Assembly: GCF_009914755.1 (NCBI RefSeq)
Contig: NC_060942.1
DNA from: the human T2T-CHM13v2.0 reference genome, Homo sapiens
Direction: 5' to 3' (one strand)
DNA length: 64,000 nt
In this document: positions 15,468-27,235 of the stretch, in pieces
How the letters are laid out: each line of letters begins with the position of its first letter
Numbering within the stretch: the first letter of the stretch is position 1
Program-made: the position numbers and the translations under genes
The notes under the pieces: model-generated
Seen by the model: only the letters and a program-made list of their open reading frames with translations
What the model was told of the DNA's origin: nothing
Database searches by the model: none

Positions 15468-18400
15468 CACTGGCCCCGAGGACAGCCAAGGGCCATTTCT
15501 TCTCAGCTTGGTGGAGCAGCACTTACTTACTACTGGAAATGAAAAAAAGTAGAACTCAGAATACCAGACTTTTCTTCCTCTCGACATAGTTTGGGGAGAA
15601 GCAGTACTAGAAACTTTCCAAGGAGTCTTGGGTGTGTAGCCAAGAGGAGCCATGAGCTATGGACTCCTCAAGCACGGGAAGAGGAGGTGTGTGCTGAGAA
15701 CAGAGAGGCCCTGCCCTCTGTCCACTAGCGAGAATCCCTAGCTGCCCCAGCCCAGTCTTTCTCCCCGGCATTCACAAACTTTGCAAGCGTGGTCCAGGGC
15801 CTTCTCCAGATCTGTTCCAACTTGGAGTGTGAAGGGCTTGAGCATACGGGGGAAGAGAGTCTGCAGAAGTTGGGGGAAAACTTTTAAAAGATACCCTCAT
15901 TGTGTCAAAGAGTGTGCCAATCTATTTTTGTATCAGCATTGGAAGTGCACTTTCCCCTGGGGCGTGTGGGTGTGTGAATGTGCAAGTGTCTGAGAGATAC
16001 TGCATCAGCCCTAGACCCCCAGAGCCAGTCCCGCCCTTTACAGAGCAGCCCTTAGCCTGGGGCCATGGGTCAGGCTGACCTTCAACAATTATTTCTAGAT
16101 GATTTCTGGATAAGAATTGCTCTCTCGGTACCAGACAGTTTGACATCCTCCACCCTTAGAAAATGACTGACATTGTTTTGTTACTGCTCCTACCCACCAA
16201 GGGGATAAAGAAGGCGAGTTCTGAGTGTTGGATGAGTCAGTCGCGTGGAAGGACGTGGAGCGTGGCGCTCTGTAACTTCCTGCCGTCTGCCACCCCGCCA
16301 CGTGTATTTAACCCTCGCACTTTCTCCACTGTGGAGATGGCTGGGGCGGCGCCCCACAGTGTGTATTCCTGTCCTCTATGTTAGAGTGCATCAGAAGCAC
16401 ATTTACTGTGCTATCTATATCTCTATATAAAAGTGTTTTATAAAAACCCAGAATAGGAGCACGACGCATGATTGGTGTTTGAGGCGTTTGCCAGCTGGGA
16501 CAAACTGCGTTTGGAGCTGTGGTTAAGCTGACTAAGGAGGCGGTGGCTCTTTCTTAACATTCCCACGTGCCCAGGGCTGTTCATGCAAGATTTTAATGGT
16601 GACTTGTCCTGGCTTACTGGGACAGTCTGTATGAGGCATGTCACCACACTGTCGCCTCATAGCTGCAAGAGAGAGGCACCAGCTGAAGTTCCCCTGACTG
16701 AAGAGAGCCTGTGGCCATGTAAAAAGAGAATTAAACTCTTGTTGCTTTTTGTATACCTGTATGCGTTTGTGTAGACGTGTGTCTCACCAGTCACCTTTGC
16801 CCTGCATTGCTGATCCCCTTGCGCACACTGATTCTAGTGAGGTCACAGATTCGGAGCTTCACACACCAGCCCAGAGAAAGGGCGATGGAACCGAACCGAG
16901 GGTCTGCAGCTTTCGTTAGCAGAGCTGTCAGATTCTTGACAGTCTTGGAGGATGGAGAAATTCAAGCAGCAGCTGGTGAGGGCCAAAACAGAATACTTGG
17001 CTTCTTCAGAATCTTAGATTGCACTGAGTTTAGTCCTAAATATTTTGCTAACAAATTTCCTTGGCCAGAATCAGTTGTAAGACAGTGATTTGGGTGGTGG
17101 GGGGAGGGAGGAGGGAGAGGATATGATTAATGTGGTCTCTTTGGCTGATCGAAAGCTAGATCAACTGGTACTTAGGGCACTTGCTGTTTATAAAGCAAAA
17201 TTGAGAAAATATTCAAGGTGCCTCCATCGCCTGAACTACAAAATGCCCTTGGCCTTCCTCACATGGGGTCTGTCACCTTGCATCTCTGATAAGCCATCCA
17301 CCTTCCTGGTCAGTGCCTACAGGGGGAGAGCCTTTCTGAGAAGCAGGTCCTGTGGTATCTGAGAATGGTCTAGAGAGCTCCCCACTGCCCATCTGCCCCC
17401 GAATTTCCTGCCAAGCTCTGGGGAGTGGGGTGGGGGGAGGGACGTCCGATGGATGACAGGCCGCCAGCCCAGACGTGGGGAGAGAAGCCTGAGTCCTTTC
17501 CTGTGTGATAAAATCAGGCTAATTTACTTGGATTTGGGGTGATTTGTTTGGTTTTTAGCATTTATGAGGTGAGCCCATGAAGTTAGTGGTCCATTACTTT
17601 TTAAAGATGCATTTTCATTTTAAACTGTCTCCTGGCCTGTGGATTTGTGGAATGGACAGTTTTGTGGGTTTTAATTTATTTGTGAGGAGTCGGGGCTGAG
17701 AAGGCATTTTATCAGGAGGTCTCCTTTTGCACGTCCATGACATGAGCTTTTCGGAGGCAAAGGAAGTAGAGGAGGGTGAGAGATGCAGGTCACTGCCAGA
17801 GGCACCTCTGTGACACGGAACATTCCAGACACGTCGCAGCCTTGGGCTTCGGCGAGGAGGAAGTCTGAGCCTGTGAAGCGAGAAGGCCAGGCAGTAGACT
17901 GGCTCTGAGGTTTTGCCCTTTGACCTCCTCCACAGAGGGCAGCTTCAGCCCCTTGTAAGCCCTGCCCCCTCTCAGGACTGCCCTGAGGCCTCTCCAGTCC
18001 TCCCCACACTCAGAGATCTGTGGGGAAGCTCCGCCCAGCCACACTCCTTGGGATAATACTAGCCGGTTCTGCCTGATTCCTTTTCCCCCGGAGCCAGCCT
18101 AGGGGGCCCGGGACTCCTCTAGTGAGCCTTGACTGTTAGGTAAGAGACAGGAAGCAGACAAGCCAAGAGGTTGCTGCAGCTGCCCCCAGGAGGAAACGGG
18201 CAGCAGGGAGTGTGGCCCAGCCCCCACTGTACCCCTCCAGGGGCCCGAGCCCTTGCCAGCCCAATGACACCTTGAAGTCACCACTTTTCCTTTCTTGCCC
18301 GCTAATAAAACCTATTTAAACAGGAAATTCATACCAAATGCAAATGGGTTTTGTTTTCCTTGGCATTTTGTTGTTCCGATCACAGATTTCCCTGCCAGGG

Positions 18401-18575
18401 TGTCTGTGGTTATCAGCTGCAGGCTCAGCTTGGGGCGGCCGCTTCACACAAGCCACTCTGTACCACGTGCCCTACCTTAGTGACGGGAGTAAGGAGCTTC
18501 CTTCCCCTCCATGTCATTCCTTCCTGTTCCCTTCATTCCCCAACAGCAAATAAAACTGTTGAATGCTCTGGCTGC
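15468..18575 (+). other. CABLES1: CABLES1 3'UTR (~3.1 kb, no Alus seen)
   Basis: Runs from the stop codon to AATAAA at 18549-18554, followed by U/GU-rich sequence. The 3' end is approximate. Confidence 0.8.
18549..18554 (+). terminator. Distal poly(A) signal AATAAA of CABLES1 (a second AATAAA lies at 18304-18309)
   Basis: Canonical hexamer with downstream tgagttctttatctct and G-rich tracts at 18707-18826. Confidence 0.72.
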
Positions 18576-19264
18576 TGAGTTCTTTATCTCTCACTCAGAC
18601 GTTTCCGGCTTAGTGCTGAACAGCTGGCCCCTTGCCCTCCCCAGCCCTGGCTGCCTCCCGTGACTCCTGAGAGCCTGAAGCCTTTCTGCCCTGCTGCAAG
18701 CTTAAGTGGGTGGGGTGGGGGGAGGCTGGAGAATGAAGTGCATTTGAGCCAGGTGGTTTTGTTACCTGTTCAGCAACAAAAGACATCTTTCAAATCAAGG
18801 GGGATTTTTGGGGTTGGGGATGGGGGCGCGCCCTGACGTCACCTCCCCGGGGCTGTTGGCACAGTTGGGTAAGCACAGTGCTGAGGGCCAGCAAGAGCAG
18901 GGAGTAAACTGAGTGTAAATCTGGAATCACATCACCAACACCAATGTCAATAAAAAGCAGCTTCCAGTCATGCAGCTGCAAAGCAAAGCTGAGATTCAAA
19001 GCTGGAAAAGAAGAAAAATGGCAGGTGAAGGGGAAAGGTCCTCTTGCCACCTGCACACAGCCCAGCGGAAGGGACCCAGGCCAGGATGGGAAGGGGTGCT
19101 ATCTAAGAGCCCCCACCCCATAAAGGGCCCTTTAGACTTCGAAATAGGTAGTCCAGAAAGGCTGCAAACCTAAGACTGGCAAAACCACAAAGAAATGCCT
19201 CGCGAGTACTGTGCTTCCTCACACACAGACTTCTTGACTTCAGATGACACATCATCTATACAAC

Positions 19265-20015
19265 ATCAATACACCTAGTACGGCTAGGTGTGGTGGCTTA
19301 CACCTGTAGTCCCAGCTACTCAGGAAGCTAAGACAGAAGGATCACTTGATCCCAGGAGTTCAAGGCTGCAGTGAGCTAGGATCATTCCACCTTATTCCAG
19401 TCTGGGCAACAGAGCAAGACCATGTCTCTATTTTGTTTTTTAAGGGCTGGGTGGGGCAGGCACAGTGGCTCACACCTGTAATCCCAGCACTCTGGGAGGC
19501 CGAGGTGGGTGGATTGCTTGACACCAGCCTGGGCAACATGGCAAAACCCTGTCTCTACTGAAAATACAAAAAATTAACTGGGCATGGTGGTACACGCCTG
19601 TAGTCCCAGCTAGTTGGGAGGCTGAGGTGGGAGAATCACCAGAGTCCAGGAGGTCAAGGCTGCAGTGATCACACCACTGCACTCCAGCCTGGGTGAAGGG
19701 AGCAAGACCCTGTCTCAGAAAAAAAAGAAAAAAGTACATCTAACCTACTAAACATCACAGCTTAACCTTTCCTACCTCAAATACACTCAGAACACTTTTG
19801 TACAGTATTTGATAAATTACATGAGATAGTCAACACCTTCTTACAAAATAGGCTTTATGTGAGATGATTCAGCCTAGCATCTCCAAGGGGTATCATACAG
19901 CACATGGCTAGCCTGGTAAGGATCAAAATTCAAAGTACATTTATACGGAATGCTTTTGCACCATCATAAAGTTGACAGTTGTGCAAGTCAAACCATCATA
20001 AGCTGGGGCTTCCAT
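19265..20015 (+). mobile_element. Tigger4/Zombi-like DNA transposon remnant with an Alu monomer (19282-19430) and an AluJ-like Alu (19453-19733) inserted
   Basis: AATACACCTA|ACCTACTAAACATCACAGCTTA...TTTGCACCATCATAAAGTTG...AACCATCATAAG motifs. Confidence 0.7.
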
Positions 20016-22230
20016 ATGCCATCTCTCACCACCATCTTGCCACTAAGAGCACGGCCCAAGGATCAGCAGCATTCACATCACCTACAGGCTTATTAAAGAT
20101 GCAGAATCTACATCTTACCATTCCTCCTTGGTGATTTGTATGCCTGTTAAAGTCTGAGAGGCACCATTCCTCCGTATTAGCATAGGACATAAAACTGTCT
20201 AGGAAAGAGAAAGGTATAGAGAAAAATCTAAATTTTTTTCTTTAATACCAAAAAGAATAGTGCCAGCTTCAGAGGTTGTTTTGACATGTGTTTACCTAGC
20301 TGCTTCATCTAACAATTTTTTGGGTGCACAAGGCCAAAAAGATGTAAACTGGACTAAGCAACAGCTAACATATTGGTCCCAAGTACAGAGCTAACTTACA
20401 GTGCATCACAGCAGCTGCTGGTTAAGGACATTGCTCAGATGAGGCCTGGATCCCAGGTTCCCAGGGCTCACAGATACAGCGTTAGGATGGTGGCAAGTCA
20501 GGGTTCCCAACAGCACTGGAGCACAATTCTCTACTGTAGCTGGGGACTGTAGAGCTGTGACCTTGGGGACATCACAAATGGGCAGACCTCCAGTTTGCTT
20601 GGACTGACACTGATTGACGTCCACCTAGCGCTTATGAAATGTGTCTTCCACTGGGTTCTGTGGGCTTCCTGATGTCGGGCAGAGCCTGCTGGGGGCAGGT
20701 GCAAGGCACCCTTACCAGGTGCCGTGAGGCTGTTCTCCAGATGAGCCTCAATGTGGAAGCTTGAAAGGGAAGCTCCAGGGGAGAGACAGATTCCCCAGGT
20801 GGGCCCAGGGTTGGCCAAGGCCAAGGCAGCAGGGTTGGAAATCAGTGCTCAGGAATTAGCCGAGTACACAGATCACAAAGTGGGTCAAGATGAAGCAATT
20901 GTCTGGTCCCAAAAGTGAAGACCAAGAAACCAGAACTGACAAGTTAGATGCTTGGAAAGAAGATGGGTGGGAATGAAATCAGGGACTCCTTACCAGGGCA
21001 CCAGAACAGGCTAGTGAGAAACCAGAGACGTGAACTGTGATAGGCAGATGAAGCCTTGGACACGGTCTTCAACAAGGGGCTGGTGCTTAGGAGGACTCGA
21101 TATTCACCAAGCAGATATCATGCGCCAGCCCTGTGCTGGGCACTTAATGCACCTGTCCTCATTTAACCCTTAAACAATGAGGTACCTGGGGCTCTGAAAC
21201 ATCACATAAGGTGGCCAATGACACACGATTATGAAGTGACAAAGGCAAGATTCAAACCCAGCTATAATTCCAAAGCCCAAGCACCTGTCCTGCCTCATGC
21301 TTAGAATGAAACAGAGCCACTAACATGGTGGAGGGCCAAAGCGAGGCTGAGCCAGATGCTGGAGAGATGGCCTTGAGTTAGAGGAGGTCTTCTGATGCCC
21401 TCAGTTAGACAGGGCCTTCTCCCTGCCCTTCCCAGCCACTGCTGGCCCTTTTCCCTGCAGAGGAGAAGGGATCTGGAGCTACGAAATCCATAGCATCGTC
21501 TTCTTGGGTCTGAGTGGCCTCCACATTTGATGTGGGGCCCACGTCTGAGCCCCCTGGTAGAACATGAAATGTTTGGAAAACTTGCTTCCATAACAAGTAA
21601 GCTAAGGGGCTTTTGAAAGTAAGTAAAAGATCACAATCAGGTTTAACGCAGCCAGTGTTCACGTCCACCAACATTTCACCAGCTAGTGTCTCGTGGTGCA
21701 TGTGTAGATTTTCCACCATGTGTTATAATTAAGACAAATTCTCCTTGCCCTACGCTCTGCGTGTTCCTTGGCTGCTGTCCCTTTAATCAGTGTGTGACTA
21801 GGAAATGCAAATTTGTTTTGCTCTAAGGCTAAGCCAAGCATACCTTGGCCAGGCGGTCAGTTGGCAAGGATGGCCACATCACACAGAGAATGGTTCAGGG
21901 ATTACGAGCTGTCTGAGACTATTCATGTCTCAGCCCCCAAATGTCACAGAAAGACTTTGATTCACTGCCACTTGCAGAGCACAGGCCCTAGTCAGATGTG
22001 TCAGGTGCGCTGAAAGGCACCTCCATAGTCCTTAACTGCTGCTGTAGACCAAAGGGTTCAGCAGAGCAGGACTGGATTCCATCACCATGAACTCGAGCAC
22101 CTATCACAGGGCCTGGTACACAGAATTCACCAAATAAACACTGGTTGAGTTAAATGAGCCATCGCAAAACAAATTACCCCACTGGGTGGATTGTTCCCTG
22201 CAACTCTGAATCAGCTTTCTGCTCAGCATC

Positions 22231-23221
<991 letters not shown>

Positions 23222-26200
23222 GCATCTCACTCAGGGCTGACTCTGCAGATCCCAGCACCCAGGTTTCCTTGCCCTCCAGCTTCTGGTTAGGCTCTGGAAG
23301 GAGAGACACTGACCAGAAATGAGAGAGCAGGAGGAGAACGGGAACTGGGGTGTGTGTTCCACGGCCCAGCCTCCACCCCAGCCAAGGGGCCCTGCTAGTC
23401 CCGGGATCTCACCACCCCTTCTTGGACAGTTCCTTCACTAAACTCACTCAATTTCTCCCAATGCACGAGCCATCAAGTTCATGCTGTGGCTTTGGCCAAT
23501 ACACCCAGTTGGCAGAGTAGGAAACGGTGTCTCATCAAGTACGGGCAATCTGGGGTTGTCTATAACCCCAAAGCATTCTGGAAACAAGCAGTAGGAATCG
23601 TCCCCCCAAAGCACCAAGAATGGATAGGAACAGTCAAAAATATCACATGGCTCTCAAAAAAAAAAAAAAAAACCAGAAAGGAAAAAAGTTTGGCTACAAT
23701 GACCCTGGCCTTGAAGCAGCCCAATGGGCACTTCCCACCAGCCCAGACCCCTCCCAACAGCTGCCGTGGCCCCACTGAGACTTTGGAGTTCTTGGGAGTT
23801 CTCTTATGAGGGTCATCTGAACAGAAGCTGATCATAAAAGATGACCAAAAAGAAATCTCTCTCCCCACTGGAGAGGGTGGATGGCACACTCTGCCGGAAC
23901 CACTTGCTATAAATTATTTTTTAAAAATCGTGGCTTCCAGAAAAAGGAAGCAGATCGCCTCTGAGGCTTATCTAGAAGGCCCTGATGAAGCATACATACT
24001 GTTCTATGAGTGTCTAAGCCAGATACCATGTTCCCTAAGGCAGCTGCCTTCTCCATGAAATCAATTTTCATTTTTATTTATAAAATAAAAACAAGACACA
24101 AATGAGAATTGCTTACTTTCCCCCCTTCTTTCCAGTATGTGTTGGAGAGAGTGACAGATACTCTCAGGGGAAGCCTCAGGGGAAGCCTGGGGCCAGAACG
24201 GTTTTTGGAAAAATATGCAGCCGGAAGGGGCCATTTCTCAGAAGCAGCCCTTAGGGAGCCCAGGGGCAGCTGACACTAGGAGGAGCAGGCACTGGAAGGC
24301 AGGAAAAGGTTCCAGAGCTAGGCAGACCGTGCGGCCTTATGCAAGCCACTGGCCAGCCCATGCCTGCTGGGGGTCATAGTACCTCCCATCAGAGGGACTC
24401 TGGAAGATGGCACAGTAAACCCCTGGCCCAGGGCCTGGCATACAGTAGGCACTCAATAGATGAAAACAATTACTATTTTTACCTCCATTGAACTTAATTC
24501 TTAGCAAAAAAAAAAAAAAAACAAATCCTGCTTTATAGAGAAAGAGATTGGAGCACAGATAGGTGCCTAGGGCCAAATTTGGACCATAAAATACATTCAG
24601 ATTCCATTCCGTTCTTGTCCCCCACTGCTCAGGCAGAGTGTCGGTGACAACTCAGGGAATGCAGGAGCTGGGACCGGTGATGTCCTTGAAGAGGCACAGT
24701 GGTCTCTTCAACCAGGTGGCTTCACAGCCATTAGCCAACAAATGGACTTCAGGTGTTTTTCTGCTTTCTTGAAACCAAATTCCCCCAGGTGCTTACTTGA
24801 GCAGCTCAATGGGGTGATTATGAGGCCCCTGTGGCCTTGAGGCTTCCTCTCCAGTGATGACAAGGTCGCCTGGCCAACTCACCTGGACAGCTGCCCTCAA
24901 ACGTGGCCCTTGGAGCCCCCTCAGCGGCACCCGCCCTGCAGAGCAGCTTGTTGGATTCTCTCACTCTCCTCCCCCAGAGAGGCTCCCTCGCCGAAGCTCA
25001 GGGAGTGACTCCTGGTTCGCTGATGAGGGGCTGGTGGGCTGCCTTGCCTGCTGGTCTGTGTCCCCACCTAGCCTAGGCCCCCCACTCCAGGGCAGAGCAT
25101 CCGACCAACAGACCACAGAGGTAGAGCTGTGCCCACACTCTGCCCTAAACCGCATCTGCATGGGGCCTGACCCAGAAGAAGGTGCTTGCCCTGCCGCCCC
25201 ACAGTGAGAGCTCTAAACCAGAGCCTGGCTGAAAATGGGGCTGCCCCTTGCTGCTGACTTGAGGAACCGGGGGCAGTTTTGTGAGACGCGATGTGGCCTC
25301 ACCTCATTCCTGGTAAGATTCAGCCACATTCTTCACTGACACCACCCTCGGTCTCTTCCGCTGTCCAGCGTGCACATGGCCTCAGGACACCACTGGGGGT
25401 TGCAGGTGAATTTCAGGGTGTCTATGACACACTGCCAAGCCCACGCTCCTCTCAAGTTCAGCTCAGACTCTATAGGCTCTTCTGAACGGGCGCTTCCTGC
25501 CCCTTCCACCTGTCCCGTGCCAGCCCTGGTGGCTCTCTAGGTTGTTCTGCACTCCCTCCACCCCGGCCCACTTCCTGCCCCCAATCTTCTCAATAGGGAC
25601 TTGCTTTCCTCCCCCCAGGACACTCCTCTAGCTCTTGTTCTGTGCCACACAGTTGCTCTTCCTGCTGCCTCTGTCATGGCTCTCCGGCTGCCCACTCCCT
25701 GCACTGTCGGCCCTCAGCCAGCTTCTCCCTAAAGTGCCTCCTTCCCTTCGCCCTGACTCTGTCCCGTTCCTCTGCACCTCTGCTTCACATCTGGGGTCCC
25801 CTGCCCCATCCTCTTTCCTTCCTTAGCGCTCCCTTAGGTCCTCAGCCACTCCCTGCCTGGCTGGCTGCACTAGGGTGTCCTGTTGCCCATCTTGTCACAC
25901 AGCCCCTTTTCCCCACAAGGCCTCCTCAGGCCCCTGGCACACAGGCCCGCACCATGTGCACTGAACAGAGTCCCCCTCTCAGCACACACAACATCCCATG
26001 GTTTCAATTCAACTGCAAGTCTTCTGGCCACCCGGTTTGGGAAGTCCCTACAATTCCACAGCTGTCCAGTTGGGTCATTTAGGTCCTGGGGGCCTCATTT
26101 TTGGGAGACACATTCTTTAGGGTTCCCAGAGCCCACATGCTGCAGCCATTTGGCCTCACCAAGCCATCCCAGAAAAGAGAGCAGGCCTTTTATCTTTTCC

Positions 26201-26484
26201 ATAGTGAATAAAATAATTTGCAGGAAGTCTCTACCACACCTTTAAATCAAAGTATAAGTCCTGAACTAAAGTCAAGACACAGAGAGGAAGAATATGAGGA
26301 GAAATGGGTATTTATTATACAAACATTCCCAAATTGAAACAGTTCTGATCTGGATTCCTGTTTGCAGAAGATCTGGGCTTTGAGAGATTACTCTTGCTGC
26401 CAATAGAAGTTTCCAGAGACCAGTACTATTCAGATCAGGAGCAAATATTTGGTTGGAAAACTAAAGAAGTATTTGCTGAACATT

Positions 26485-26650
26485 TGTCAAAGTGCGGTCT
26501 TAGTAGGGCTAGCTGAAGCAGAATCACCTGGGGTGCCCTTTGGAAATGCAAATCCCTGGGAATTCTGGAATCTCTGAGGGTGGGGTCTAGGAATCCATAT
26601 TTGCAACAAGTTCCCCAGGTGATGTTTCTCCAGTCAAGGTTCGAGAGTCA
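26485..26650. mobile_element. MER5-like hAT DNA transposon
   Basis: CAGAATCACCTGGGG...AAATGCAAAT...AACAAGTTCCCCAGGTGAT. Confidence 0.65.
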
Positions 26651-26884
26651 CAGCCATCCAAGTGTTGAGGGGTTGTAGCAAGCAGAACATGGAAGGCAGG
26701 CAAAGATGCTGCTCCTAGCAGGGCTTCTGGAATCTGCATAAACTTGTTAAATGCAGACGCTGGGGCAGCAGGACTAGGATGGGACTAGACGTTCTAGGGA
26801 CCCCGTGTTGCAGGTCCACAAATCACAGCATATTTTTAGTAGGAAGCGGCTGGAGGGTATATTTCCTTTGCATTGTCTGCCTGC

Positions 26885-26923
26885 TGTGCGTGTGTGTGTG
26901 CGTGTGTGTGTGTGTGTGTGTGT
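26885..26923 (+). repeat. (TG)n microsatellite
   Basis: Seen directly. Confidence 0.95.
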
Positions 26924-27235
26924 ATACATACTACAACAATAAAGCACTTTTGCATGGCTTACTTCCCATAATGAAATATGAAGCTATTGTTTAAGTACTG
27001 ACTCTAAATCTTAGCTAAACTATTGCTGCCCTCTTAGGCAGTCAGCTGGAAGTTGGCTCACAAGAGCAGTTCAGAGAAAATCTGTGGTGTCAGAGATAGT
27101 CAGATCTCCTCACCGTTCCGTGGCCCAATGAGCTTGGGCTAATTATGAAAACTTTCCAAGCTTCAGACTTTAGCTGTAAAATGAAGCTGACTCTGGGTCC
27201 TTTCTCAAAGCAGATGATGAGGGTTCCACAGATGG

